64,000 nucleotides of DNA from an uncultured delta proteobacterium (GTDB lineage Bacteria > Desulfobacterota > Syntrophia > Syntrophales > Smithellaceae): NCBI GenBank assembly GCA_963710575.1, contig CAVQAL010000010.1, forward strand, positions 150,531 through 214,530, read 5' to 3'. The position numbers were made by a program, and so were the translations under genes. Position 1 is the stretch's first letter. Each line of letters starts with the position of its first letter. Below the pieces are notes generated by a model. That model worked only from the letters and a program-made list of their open reading frames with translations, was not told the DNA's origin and made no database searches. Positions 49,663-60,132 of this stretch are shown piece after piece.

Positions 49663-50736
49663 ATGAAAAGATTAAAACAAAAAAATACTGATAAAAAACC
49701 CGGCCCAACAACAAATAAGTTTTTTAAGATGCCCCTTTCTGTCGGCAGGGTAAGTCATTACGTTATTCTATTTCTTGCTGTTATTGTGCTCTTTTTTGTT
49801 CTATTGATAAATTATTCAGCCAGTTCCATTGATAGGAAAAATATAACTGTACTGGTTGATATACCCACCGGCTCCAGCTTTCTGAAAGTTACGGAAATAC
49901 TCAATCAAGTCGGGTTGATTAAATGCCGTGTTTTCTTTTACAGTTTGGCCATAATGAAAAATGCCAGACGCTCCATCCGTGCCGGCGAATATGAATTTAA
50001 CACTTCCCTGACTCCCGCAGCGATGATTGATAAACTGCTGCGCGGAGAAATTAAAATTCATAAAGTCATTATCCGTGAGGATTTATCTTTACGGGAAATT
50101 GCTGCGCTCTTGGATAAAGAAAAACTAATTAATAAAGACGATTTTTTTGCATTGTCCAGAGATGAAGATTTTCTGGAATCTTTGGGTGTAAAGGCGGACT
50201 CCATAGAAGGTTACCTTTTTCCGGAAACTTATTATTTTGACCGCTCAATGAGCACGCGCCAGATTATGAAAATAATGGTCAATCAGTTTTGGAAAGAAAT
50301 TACGCCGGAAATGATTCAAAGAACCGGAGATCTTCGATTTGATGTTCATCAGCTTGTAACCTTTGCTTCTATGATCGGCAAAGAATCAGGTGACGATGCG
50401 GAAAAACCCATGATTTCAGCGGTATTTCACAACAGACTCAAAAAGAAAATGCGCTTACAAAGCGATCCGACAGCCGTTTATGATCTGGATAATTTTGAAG
50501 GAAAAATCGTACGCAGTCATTTGAGAAGAAATTCGCCTTATAACACTTATATTATAAAGGGTTTGCCACCGGGACCCATTGCCAATCCGGGATTAGCTTC
50601 CTTAAAGGCGGCGCTTTATCCGGCACCCGTTAATTATCTTTATTTTGTTTCCAAAAAAGACGGTTCACACTTTTTTTCATCTTCTTTGAATGTGCACAAG
50701 CAAGCAATAAATCGCTATCGATATATCAATAATTAA
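49663..50736 (+). CDS. mltG: Endolytic murein transglycosylase MltG (YceG-like)
   Basis: N-terminal TM anchor and YceG pattern ..RAGEYEF..EGYLFPETY..ASMIGKE..LQSDPT..YNTY...GLPPGPIANPG. Confidence 0.9.
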   Translation: MKRLKQKNTDKKPGPTTNKFFKMPLSVGRVSHYVILFLAVIVLFFVLLINYSASSIDRKNITVLVDIPTGSSFLKVTEILNQVGLIKCRVFFYSLAIMKNARRSIRAGEYEFNTSLTPAAMIDKLLRGEIKIHKVIIREDLSLREIAALLDKEKLINKDDFFALSRDEDFLESLGVKADSIEGYLFPETYYFDRSMSTRQIMKIMVNQFWKEITPEMIQRTGDLRFDVHQLVTFASMIGKESGDDAEKPMISAVFHNRLKKKMRLQSDPTAVYDLDNFEGKIVRSHLRRNSPYNTYIIKGLPPGPIANPGLASLKAALYPAPVNYLYFVSKKDGSHFFSSSLNVHKQAINRYRYINN

Positions 50737-50915
50737 TTAATACAATAATTTAAAGTGCCAAGCCTTCAACAAAAAAGTATGTGAAAAATGCTTTAATTTG
50801 TGAATCAAAATTTTTGTTTCTGCCATTTTTTCAGTTCAAATTTATTTCCGTTTCTTTTTCTCTATTTTCCCAGTGATTTTAAGTTATTTAATCGAAAAAA
50901 AGTTAAATTTTTTGC

Positions 50916-50944
50916 TTGACAAAGACAAATGCCGCCTTTATAGT
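50916..50944 (+). promoter_or_regulatory. Consensus-like sigma70 promoter of the dcw cluster (Pmra)
   Basis: TTGACA (50916-21), a 17-nt spacer, then TATAGT (50939-44). Confidence 0.75.
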
Positions 50945-50951
50945 TGGCCCA

Positions 50952-50975
50952 GTGGAGTAAAGTGGTTTATCGTGG
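50952..50975 (+). promoter_or_regulatory. Candidate MraZ operator: three GTGG boxes at exact 10-bp spacing
   Basis: GTGG at 50952, 50962 and 50972 (aGTGGagtaa aGTGGtttat cGTGGagggg). They lie between the -10 element and the mraZ ATG at 50985. Confidence 0.6.
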
Positions 50976-50984
50976 AGGGGATTA

Positions 50985-51431
50985 ATGTCTGTATTTAGAG
51001 GTCAATATCATCACAATATTGATGAAAAGGGAAGAGTAATTTTCCCTTCCAAATTTCGTGAGATCTTTGCAGATGAGTACGACAACCGGATGGTTATTAC
51101 CAACTGGGATCAGTACTTGATGGTTTTCCCTTACGACGAATGGCTGGTCATTGAGGAAAAGGTAGCTCATCAATCCAAATTGCGCAAGGAAGTACGGTCG
51201 TTTCAACGTTTCTTTATGTCCGGGGCGGTTGATTGCAATCTTGATGGACAGGGACGCGTGCTTATCCCGCCGACTCTACGCGAATATGCCAAATTGGAAA
51301 AAGATATTGTTCTTGCCGGAATGCTGAAGGTAATCGAAATCTGGTCGAAAGATCGTTTTGAAGAGGAAATGAAGAAGGCCGGCAGTGAAATTGACAAGTG
51401 TACTAACTTCATAGCGGATTTGGGCATATAG
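50985..51431 (+). CDS. mraZ: Transcriptional regulator MraZ
   Basis: MSVFRGQYHHNIDEKGRVIFPSKFR .. LDGQGRVLIPPTLR (two DxxxR SpoVT/AbrB-like half-domains). Confidence 0.95.
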   Translation: MSVFRGQYHHNIDEKGRVIFPSKFREIFADEYDNRMVITNWDQYLMVFPYDEWLVIEEKVAHQSKLRKEVRSFQRFFMSGAVDCNLDGQGRVLIPPTLREYAKLEKDIVLAGMLKVIEIWSKDRFEEEMKKAGSEIDKCTNFIADLGI

Positions 51432-51434
51432 AAC

Positions 51435-52370
51435 ATGGTTGCCGACTTCTATCACGAGCCGGTAATGCTTAAAGAAGTTATTGATTCGCTTTTGGTTAGT
51501 AAAACGGGAATTTATGTGGATGGCACTGTGGGGGGCGCAGGTCATTCCTATGCGATACTTAAAGAAACAGAAGTATTTTTGGTGGGAATTGATTGTGATG
51601 ATCAGGCTCTGGAATTTGCGGAGTCGAAACTGGCGGAGTTTGGCTCACGCAAGATTCTGATAAAAGCTAATTTTGCCGATTTAGGCAAAGTACTGGAAAA
51701 TTTGAATATAGAGAAAGTTGATGGCGTTCTTCTGGATTTGGGTGTTTCTTCCCATCAACTGAATACAGCTCAAAGAGGATTTAGTTTTAATCAAGAGGCG
51801 CTGCTCGACATGCGGATGGATCGCAGCCTGAAAATAGGCGCTTACGATATTGTCAACAGCTTCGCGCAAAACGAACTGGAAAATATTATCAAGTTTTACG
51901 GAGAAGAAAAAATGGCCGCAAGAATAGCCAGGGCAATATCAAGAAAACGGCAGTTGTCACCCATTGAAACAACCACGGAACTTGCGGCGCTGGTTGCTTC
52001 GTGCATGCCCGCGAAATTAAAATGGCAAAAAATTCATCCCGCCACAAGAACCTTTCAAGCCATAAGAATCGCCGTCAACAATGAATTGGATAACATAAAA
52101 CCGGCAATTAACGCTGCTGCTGACGTGTTGAAACCCGGTGGCCGCCTTTGTGTAATTTCTTTCCATTCACTGGAAGATCGCATTGTAAAGAATGAATTTC
52201 GCGCTTTGGCCGGAGATTGTATCTGCCCCAGGGATATACCGTTTTGCGTTTGCCAAAGAGAAGCAAAGTTAAAAACCCTGACGAGAAAAGCAATAATTCC
52301 TGCGGCAGAAGAAATCGAAGCTAATCCACGCGCCCGCAGCGCTAAGCTGCGCGCAGCCCGGAGAGTTTAA
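51435..52370 (+). CDS. rsmH: 16S rRNA (cytosine1402-N4)-methyltransferase
   Basis: YHEPVMLKEVID..DGTVGGAGHS..DLGVSSHQL..SFHSLEDRIVK. Confidence 0.95.
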   Translation: MVADFYHEPVMLKEVIDSLLVSKTGIYVDGTVGGAGHSYAILKETEVFLVGIDCDDQALEFAESKLAEFGSRKILIKANFADLGKVLENLNIEKVDGVLLDLGVSSHQLNTAQRGFSFNQEALLDMRMDRSLKIGAYDIVNSFAQNELENIIKFYGEEKMAARIARAISRKRQLSPIETTTELAALVASCMPAKLKWQKIHPATRTFQAIRIAVNNELDNIKPAINAAADVLKPGGRLCVISFHSLEDRIVKNEFRALAGDCICPRDIPFCVCQREAKLKTLTRKAIIPAAEEIEANPRARSAKLRAARRV

Positions 52371-52371
52371 A

Positions 52372-52719
52372 ATGGCACCATCTGCGCAATCCGTTGAAGC
52401 ACGAGTTATGCCTCGTTTCCAGGAAGCAAAGGAATCTTCTTTCGGGATCAAGTATTCGACTTTTATTATTTTTGCCATAGTGTTCATGTTTGTTGCGTTG
52501 ATCTATGTCGGCTCGCATATTCACATGACGGAACTGGAATATAATATCGCTACAGAACTAAGTATCAAAGAACAAAAATTAGAAGAACAAAAAAAATTGA
52601 AGTTGGAATATGCGATGCTCAAATCACCGCAACGAATTGAAAACATAATGAGAAGCAAATTGCAGATGTCTTATCCTGATAATGATCAAGTAATTGTCTT
52701 AAAAAAATCGGGAGAATGA
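52372..52719 (+). CDS. ftsL: Cell division protein FtsL-like
   Basis: 115 aa with a single TM (FIIFAIVFMFVALIYVG) followed by a coiled coil. Position between rsmH and ftsI supports the call. Confidence 0.7.
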   Translation: MAPSAQSVEARVMPRFQEAKESSFGIKYSTFIIFAIVFMFVALIYVGSHIHMTELEYNIATELSIKEQKLEEQKKLKLEYAMLKSPQRIENIMRSKLQMSYPDNDQVIVLKKSGE

Positions 52720-52720
52720 T

Positions 52721-54694
52721 ATGGCGAGTGAATCAAAAAAATGGCTGAAAATCAGAATGGGCATCATTCTCACAATGTTCCTGGTTTTATTCATTGCTTT
52801 GATATCCCGTGCTTTTCAGTTGCAGGTTTTATCCGGTAAAAAACTGAAAACGTTAGCCCAAAGACAGCATACCACTGTGCTGCAATTACCGCCGGAAAGA
52901 GGCGTAATTTACGATCGCAATGGTGAAAAGCTTGCTGTATCAATCATGGCGGATTCCGTTTGTGCCGATCCTTCCAAAATTGCCGATCCTGCTAGAGCTT
53001 CCGGGCAAGTTGCAGAAATCCTTAATTTGGATAATCAGGCAGTCTTCAAAAAAATATCGACACCGAAAAGCTTTTGCTGGTTGGCCAGAAAAATTTCTCC
53101 TGAGCAGGCTGTTTCTGTAGGAAATGCAGACATCGAAGGAATTTTTCTAGTCAAAGAGCCGAAACGCTTTTATCCCAATGGCGAGTTGGCCGCGCATTTG
53201 CTGGGCTTTGTCGGCATGGATGCCGGCGGGTTGGAAGGATTGGAAAGTAAATATGATGAATCCTTGAAAGGAAAACCGGAAAAATTATCTTGGGCGCGGG
53301 ATGCCAAAGGGAAAAAATTGTTTTTACGTGTCGAAAAGAGTGAGACAAAAAAAGATGAAAACATAAACCTTGTTTTAACTATTGATAACCGGATTCAATA
53401 TCTTGTGGAAACCCATTTAAAAGAAGCTGTTCTTTCCAAAGGCGCAAAAGGCGGACTGGCCATTGTTATGGATCCGAAAACCGGAGAGATTTTAGCAATG
53501 GCCAACGAAATGGGATTCAATCCCAATAATGTCGAAGGGCTTACACCGGAAAAATGGCGGAACCGCGCCATTACCGATTATTTTGATCCTGGCTCAACTT
53601 TTAAACCTTTTTTAGTGGCTGGCGCACTGGAAGAAAAGATCATTAAGGAATCAGATAAGTTTTTCTGTGAAAATGGAAATTATAAAGTGGCAAATCGTGT
53701 TATTCATGAAGCAAACAAGAAACGTCACGGGGTTTTATCAGTTCCGGATATATTGAAATATTCCAGCAATATCGGTGCTGCAAAAATTGCGCAAAAGATG
53801 GGGAAAGAAAAGTTCTACGATTATATTGAACGTTTTGGTTTTGGAACTAAAACCGGTATCGACCTGCCCGGTGAGTCAGCGGGATTGGTAAGGCCGGTGA
53901 AAAATTGGGTGCCCGTTGATACGGCTATGATCGGTTTTGGCCAAGGTGTTTCGGTTACGGCGATTCAATTAATCTCCGCCGTGTCGGCCATTGCTAACAA
54001 CGGAGTTTTAATGAAGCCTTACGTTGTACGAGGCTTTGCTGATAAAGATAATCGACTCATTAAACTGTATACACCAACAGTAGTGCGTAAAGTTATCTCT
54101 CCCAATGTGGCAAAACGTCTCACCAATATGCTGACAGAAGTTGTCAGCGCTCCCGACGGCACCGGTAAGAATGCGCGCATTGTCAATGTTGCTGTTGCCG
54201 GCAAAACAGGAACTTCACAAAAATTCGATTTTAACCGCGGTGTATATTCATCGGAAAGAGTGCGCACATCTTTTATGGGATTTTTCCCGGCTGATAATCC
54301 GCAGGTTGCTATTCTGGTAATTCTTGATGAACCGCAGAGAGATAAGTGGGGCGGGGTGGCCGCAGCGCCGGTATTTAAAAATATCGGGGAGCAAATACTC
54401 AATTGCTTTAAAACAAATATCCGGGAAACCCCTGTTTTTGAAAAAGACACAAGTAAGGTGCAACTGGTTTCAGCGCAGCAAACGTTAATTCCGCAAAATA
54501 CGGCAGGCGATGATGAATCAAACATGCCTGATTTCTCAGGTTTGACAATCAGAGAAGCGATGAAAAAAGCAAAAGCCGAGTCAATAGAACTTAAGATATC
54601 GGGCAACGGCTGGGCAGTGCGCCAGTATCCGCAAGCCCACGCGCAGTTCGGGGATGAACGCGTGTGCAATGTTGTTTTTGAGTTAAACAATTGA
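52721..54694 (+). CDS. ftsI: Peptidoglycan D,D-transpeptidase FtsI (class B PBP) with C-terminal PASTA domain
   Basis: SxxK (GSTFKPF), SxN (YSSNIG) and KTG (AGKTGTSQ) motifs, with a C-terminal MPDFSGLTIREAMKKA..ISGNGWAVRQ PASTA-like module. Confidence 0.9.
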   Translation: MASESKKWLKIRMGIILTMFLVLFIALISRAFQLQVLSGKKLKTLAQRQHTTVLQLPPERGVIYDRNGEKLAVSIMADSVCADPSKIADPARASGQVAEILNLDNQAVFKKISTPKSFCWLARKISPEQAVSVGNADIEGIFLVKEPKRFYPNGELAAHLLGFVGMDAGGLEGLESKYDESLKGKPEKLSWARDAKGKKLFLRVEKSETKKDENINLVLTIDNRIQYLVETHLKEAVLSKGAKGGLAIVMDPKTGEILAMANEMGFNPNNVEGLTPEKWRNRAITDYFDPGSTFKPFLVAGALEEKIIKESDKFFCENGNYKVANRVIHEANKKRHGVLSVPDILKYSSNIGAAKIAQKMGKEKFYDYIERFGFGTKTGIDLPGESAGLVRPVKNWVPVDTAMIGFGQGVSVTAIQLISAVSAIANNGVLMKPYVVRGFADKDNRLIKLYTPTVVRKVISPNVAKRLTNMLTEVVSAPDGTGKNARIVNVAVAGKTGTSQKFDFNRGVYSSERVRTSFMGFFPADNPQVAILVILDEPQRDKWGGVAAAPVFKNIGEQILNCFKTNIRETPVFEKDTSKVQLVSAQQTLIPQNTAGDDESNMPDFSGLTIREAMKKAKAESIELKISGNGWAVRQYPQAHAQFGDERVCNVVFELNN

Positions 54695-54701
54695 GGAATA
54701 C

Positions 54702-56236
54702 ATGAAACTGAGTCAATTAATCAAGGATCTGGATATAATAAATCTCCCCGCGGATGTTACGGGAGATGTATCCACGCTTTGTTATGCGGCGGATAAATGC
54801 GAGGAGGGCTCCTTGTTTGTAGCCATCTCCGGTTTAAAACATGACGGTCATGATTATATTGCGGATGCGGCAAGTTGCGGAGCACGTTACATTGTTTATG
54901 AAAAAGATATTCAAATTCCCTTCGGGTTAAAGGCGATTAAAGTGGCGAGCAGCAGGCGGGCTTTGGGAAGGCTCTCTAAAAATTATTTCGATAATCCCTC
55001 CGCCACATTATGTCTCATCGGAGTTACGGGAACAAACGGTAAAACAACCACGACATATTTTCTGGAATCAATGCTGGCGCGGGCCGGATGCAAATGCGGA
55101 GTTTTGGGAACGGTAAATTACCGTTACAATAACAAAACATATCCTGCGCCCAACACAACTCCGGAATCATATGAAATGCAGAGGATACTGCGGGCAATGG
55201 CTGATGAGGGCATTACTCATGTCATCGCAGAAGTTTCTTCTCATGCCATTGACCTGAAAAGGATTGACGATTGCGATTTTGATTTGGGTATATTTACCAA
55301 TCTTTCCCATGAGCATCTTGATTATCATTTGACTATGGAAAATTACTTTCAGGCCAAGAAACGATTCTTTGCCGAAGTATTGCCGCAAAGCAAAAAGGTT
55401 CATCCGCAAAAAATGATAATTAACGGCGATGACAAATGGGGGCGAATTGTTTTAAAGGATGTAACGCTGCCCGCATTAACTTACGGTATGGAAAAAAATG
55501 ACGCAGTCAAGGCGGTAAATTATGAATTGTCTCTCGCCGGAATAAAAGCCGATATTGATTTGGCCGGAGAAATAATTTCCATTCAGACACCATTTGTCGG
55601 CAAGTTTAATATTTATAATATTCTTGCTGCTGCGGCTGCGGCAAAAGCTCTGCAAATTCCGAAAGCGTCGATTAAAGCGGGGATAGAAAATCTATCCTCT
55701 GTGCCGGGACGCCTGCAGAGAATCGATTCTTCTTCCGGGTTTACGGTTCTTATTGATTACGCGCATAAACCGGACGCCCTCAAGCAGGTGCTGCAAAATC
55801 TTGCGGAATTCAAAAAAAAAGAATTATCACCGTATTCGGTTGTGGCGGCAACAGAGATACCGGCAAGAGGCCGCTTATGGGTGAGACGTCAACATTTTAC
55901 AGTGATCTGACGATTATAACTTCGGATAATCCCCGGCTTGAAGATCCGCTGGCTATCATCGCGGAAATAGAGGCGGGAATTGATCGGAGAAAGATACAGA
56001 AAATAGCGCCCGGCAATTTGCAAGCAAAGGATGATATTCACTCCTATACGGTAATTCCCGAACGGAGAAAAGCCATTGAAATGGCAATAGATGCGGCCCG
56101 GCAGGGAGACATTATTTTGATTGCGGGCAAAGGGCATGAAGATTACCAAATTCTGGGAACAAACAAAATACCGTTTGATGACCGCATTGTTGTAGAGCAA
56201 ATTTTAAAACTTAAGGAGTCAAGTACAGTAAATTGA
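54702..56236 (+). CDS. murE: UDP-N-acetylmuramoyl-tripeptide synthetase MurE, reading frame broken in an A9 tract (55812-55820)
   Basis: ORF 54702..55910 has GVTGTNGKTTTT. With one extra A in caaaaaaaaag the frame continues KKKRIITVFGCGGNRDTGKRPLMGETSTFYSDLTIITSDNPR into ORF 55877..56236. Confidence 0.9.
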
Positions 56237-57684
56237 TAAATAATGATTCGCCGATATTTTCATTACATGATGTATTAAAAGCAACTGCCGGAATTTTAGT
56301 TTCCGGAAAACCGGAGAACACATTTTATGGAATTTCCACGGATTCGCGGCAGGTATTCAAAGGGAATCTCTTCATCGCCATAAAAGGGGAGAGATTTGAT
56401 GGCCATGATTTTGTGCAAAAAGCGATGGATCAAGGCGCCGCCGGCATTTTGGTGCACGATGAGAAGAAAGTTAATCAAGCTTCTGTGGATAAAGCTATTG
56501 CCGTAATTAAGGTTGCCGATACATTGACTGCACTGGGAGATTTAGCCCATGAGTGGAGAAAACGGTTTTTCATTCCAGTGATTGGATTAACGGGTTCTTC
56601 AGGGAAAACGACAACGAAAGAAATGATGGCGGCTATCATCGGTCGGAAGAAAAATATTTTGAAAACGGAGGGAAATTTAAATAATCTGATTGGATTGCCG
56701 CAGACGATATTTCGCCTTACCGCGGAACATGAATTGGTGATTCTGGAGATGGGCACGAATACCAGAGGAGAAATAAAGAGACTTACGCAAATTGCCGCGC
56801 CGGATATTGGCTTGATTACGAACGTCGGTCCGGCGCATCTGGCTGGATTTGGCTCCATGGATGTCGTCAGGGAAGAAAAAAATGATTTGTTTTTTAATAT
56901 GCCGTCTTCAGGCATTGCTGTCATTAATCTTGACGACAAAGCCGTTACAACTGCCACCGAAAAATGGAACGGCCGGAGAATTACTTTCAGCATGAGTCCT
57001 AATGCCGATGTCACTGTAAAAGATATAGAGAAAAATGGCATTAAGGGAGTGCGCTTTAACTTGATCATCGGCGGAAACACGCAAAAAGTGGAGATGAAAA
57101 TTGCCGGCCTTCATCATGTCTATAATGCAATGGCGGCCGCCGCCGCGGCTGTTGCCGTGGGAATAGACCCAAAGACGATAGCGGAAGGTTTGGCGGCATT
57201 CCGGCCGTTTAGTGGACGCATGGAGATGATCAGACTGCATAACGGCGCTTTTCTTCTGGATGATTCGTACAATGCCAACCCGGCTTCAGTGCGGGAAGCG
57301 CTGATGACGTTAAAAGATTTAAAGATCCACCATAATGGTTACGTGTTTTTAGGCGATATGCTGGAGTTGGGAGAAGAAGCTGGCGAAATGCATCGAAAAA
57401 TTGGAATGTTGATAGCGACTATTGGCGTCAACGCTCTTTTTCTTCAAGGAGATTTTTCCGAAGTTACCGCTGCCGGAGCGGCGGAAGGAGGCCTTTCACC
57501 CCAGAACATTTTCTTTTTATCTGATAACGAAAAAGGAATTGTTTACTTAAAAGAACACTTAAAAAAAGGAGATTGGATTTTAGTGAAAGGTTCACGCCGG
57601 ATGAAGATGGAAAAAATTGCGGCTCAAATATGTGATTCTTTTGGCAGTGATGAAATTAATGGAAATAATGAAACGATTCATTAA
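56233..57684 (+). CDS. murF: UDP-N-acetylmuramoyl-tripeptide--D-alanyl-D-alanine ligase
   Basis: [14 protein letters not shown], ..LEMGTN..GEI.., DDSYNANP. The TTG start overlaps the murE stop. Confidence 0.9.
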   Translation: MINNDSPIFSLHDVLKATAGILVSGKPENTFYGISTDSRQVFKGNLFIAIKGERFDGHDFVQKAMDQGAAGILVHDEKKVNQASVDKAIAVIKVADTLTALGDLAHEWRKRFFIPVIGLTGSSGKTTTKEMMAAIIGRKKNILKTEGNLNNLIGLPQTIFRLTAEHELVILEMGTNTRGEIKRLTQIAAPDIGLITNVGPAHLAGFGSMDVVREEKNDLFFNMPSSGIAVINLDDKAVTTATEKWNGRRITFSMSPNADVTVKDIEKNGIKGVRFNLIIGGNTQKVEMKIAGLHHVYNAMAAAAAAVAVGIDPKTIAEGLAAFRPFSGRMEMIRLHNGAFLLDDSYNANPASVREALMTLKDLKIHHNGYVFLGDMLELGEEAGEMHRKIGMLIATIGVNALFLQGDFSEVTAAGAAEGGLSPQNIFFLSDNEKGIVYLKEHLKKGDWILVKGSRRMKMEKIAAQICDSFGSDEINGNNETIH

Positions 57685-57701
57685 TCGGGAGTGAAGTAGA
57701 A

Positions 57702-58781
57702 TTGATTTACCATTTATTATATCCTTTACATACTACGTTTTCATTTTTTAACGTATTTCGTTATATCACATTCCGGACGATTTTTGCGTCAATCACGGCG
57801 CTTTTGATTTGCCTGTTCGTTGGCCCGTGGATGATTCAGAAACTGCAGGATATGCAAATAGGCCAGCAGATAAGAGACGATGGACCGCAAAGTCATCTGG
57901 TTAAAAAAGGCACTCCCACGATGGGAGGGGTGTTAATTATTTTTGCCGTGGTGATCTCTATACTGCTTTGGACAAATCTTTCCGCTAATTATGTCTGGTT
58001 GATATTGCTGGTGACGGTTGGTTATGGATTGATTGGATTTATTGACGATTACCGTAAACTTGCCGGTAAGAATTCCCATGGAGTACCCGGCAAAACAAGA
58101 TTGGCAGCGGAAATCGTGATCGCTCTGTTCGTCAGCATTATTCTTTATTTGAAACCCGGTTTCAACTCTCAAGTAACAATTCCTTTTTTTAAAACGATAT
58201 TGCCCAACCTTGGTTGGGGCTATGTTCTGCTTTCCACATTTATCATTATTGGCGCCGCCAATGCTGTAAATTTGACAGATGGACTGGATGGTCTGGCGAT
58301 CGGCCCCGTCATTATTTGTTTTGCCACCTATCTTCTTTTTGCCTACTTTGCGGGAAACGTGAAAGTGGCTTCGTATTTGCAGATTGTCCACGTTTCCGGC
58401 GCCGGTGAATTGGCGGTATTTTGTGGAACCATTGTCGGAGCGGGCCTTGGCTTTCTTTGGTTTAATGCTTATCCCGCCGAAGTATTCATGGGAGATGTCG
58501 GCTCCCTTTCGCTTGGCGGAGCGTTGGGCACGATGGCGATTATAACCAAACAGGAGATATTGCTGGCTATTGTCGGCGGCATATTTGTTGTGGAAACATT
58601 TTCGGTTATTTTTCAAGTTAGTTATTTTAAACTAACCGGAGGAAAACGCATTTTAAGGATGGCGCCTCTGCATCACCATTTCGAATTGAAGGGATGGGCG
58701 GAGCCGAAAGTAATCGTGCGGTTTTGGATCATTTCTATTTTATTGGCTTTAATGGCCATAAGTACATTGAAACTGCGTTAG
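57702..58781 (+). CDS. mraY: Phospho-N-acetylmuramoyl-pentapeptide transferase
   Basis: 10-TM pattern. ..KKGTPTMGG.., [32 protein letters not shown]. Confidence 0.95.
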   Translation: MIYHLLYPLHTTFSFFNVFRYITFRTIFASITALLICLFVGPWMIQKLQDMQIGQQIRDDGPQSHLVKKGTPTMGGVLIIFAVVISILLWTNLSANYVWLILLVTVGYGLIGFIDDYRKLAGKNSHGVPGKTRLAAEIVIALFVSIILYLKPGFNSQVTIPFFKTILPNLGWGYVLLSTFIIIGAANAVNLTDGLDGLAIGPVIICFATYLLFAYFAGNVKVASYLQIVHVSGAGELAVFCGTIVGAGLGFLWFNAYPAEVFMGDVGSLSLGGALGTMAIITKQEILLAIVGGIFVVETFSVIFQVSYFKLTGGKRILRMAPLHHHFELKGWAEPKVIVRFWIISILLALMAISTLKLR

Positions 58782-58788
58782 AGGAAGC

Positions 58789-60132
58789 ATGAATCTTACC
58801 GGTAAAAAAATAGTCGTAATCGGCATGGGCAAAACAGGGATTGCCACAGCCAGGTTTTTAGGAAAACAAGGCGCAAAAGTAGCCGTTACGGATGAGCAAC
58901 CGATTGATAAATGGGGTGAGGAATTTGAACAAATTGCCCGGGAAAAATGGCTGGAAATCGGTGACTATAGTACTCGTATTTTAACGGGTGCATGCATAGT
59001 TGTTCCCTCTCCCGGAGTTCCTCCTGACAATGCTTTATTAGTTGAGGCGCTAAAAAAGAATATACCTGTTATGAGCGAAATTGAGATAGCTTACTTGGTT
59101 TTGAAAGTTCCGTTAATAGCCGTTACCGGTACTAACGGTAAGACAACGGCAACAACGCTGCTGGGCGATATTTTAAGATGTTCGGGAAAGAAAGTGTTTG
59201 TCGGCGGCAATATCGGCAATCCTTTGATTGAATACGTTGATGGTTCGCAGAAAGAAGATTTTGTTGTCGCTGAAATCAGCAGCTTCCAGCTTCAGTGGAT
59301 AAAAAAATTCCGGCCGTTTATTGCCATACTTTTGAATATTACCTGTGATCATATCAATTATCATGGATCCTTTGCGGAGTACCGACGCATCAAGACGAAA
59401 GTATTTGCCAATCAAACAAAAGCGGATTTTGCGATTCTTAATGCCGCGGATACACAGCAGGAAGATTTAGACAGAATAATTAATGCGCAGGTTATAAAGT
59501 TCAGTTCTAAAAGAGCGCTGCGAAAAGGAATATTTATTAAGAAGAATAGCATTGTTTTAAGAATGCCGGACGCGAACGAAGAACAATATCCTTTAAGCAT
59601 TATAAATCTTCCCGGATTGCATAACGTGGAAAACGTGATGGCGGCGATAGTGGCGGCGCGCCTCTGTGGTTGCAGCCAGAAAAATATCATCACGGCTGTT
59701 TCCGCATTTCACGGGTTACCGCATCGCATCGAATTTGCGGGGGAAAAGAATTCAATCAAATTTTACGATGATTCCAAAGGAACAAATGTTGGTTCCGTTG
59801 AGAGGGCGCTGGAAACATTTGCCCAACCTGTAATTTTACTCTTGGGAGGCCGCGATAAAGACGGTGATTTTGAAACCCTGAAACCATTGCTCGCGGCAAA
59901 AGCTAAAAAAGTAATTTTGTTCGGCGAAGCGCGCAATCGTATTGCATCTTTAATCGGTGAGGATATGCCGTTATTGAAAAAAGCGAAATTACGGGAAGCC
60001 ATTGAGAGTGCTTATAAAAATTCACAGCCCGGCGATATCATTTTACTTTCGCCGGGTTGTGCCAGTTTTGATGAATTTGCCAATTATAAAGAACGGGGCA
60101 ATTTTTTTAAAGATGTAGTGAGGAATCTTTAA
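58789..60132 (+). CDS. murD: UDP-N-acetylmuramoylalanine--D-glutamate ligase
   Basis: VIGMGKTG Rossmann N-terminus, VTGTNGKTT, LLSPGCASFDEF. Confidence 0.9.
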   Translation: MNLTGKKIVVIGMGKTGIATARFLGKQGAKVAVTDEQPIDKWGEEFEQIAREKWLEIGDYSTRILTGACIVVPSPGVPPDNALLVEALKKNIPVMSEIEIAYLVLKVPLIAVTGTNGKTTATTLLGDILRCSGKKVFVGGNIGNPLIEYVDGSQKEDFVVAEISSFQLQWIKKFRPFIAILLNITCDHINYHGSFAEYRRIKTKVFANQTKADFAILNAADTQQEDLDRIINAQVIKFSSKRALRKGIFIKKNSIVLRMPDANEEQYPLSIINLPGLHNVENVMAAIVAARLCGCSQKNIITAVSAFHGLPHRIEFAGEKNSIKFYDDSKGTNVGSVERALETFAQPVILLLGGRDKDGDFETLKPLLAAKAKKVILFGEARNRIASLIGEDMPLLKKAKLREAIESAYKNSQPGDIILLSPGCASFDEFANYKERGNFFKDVVRNL

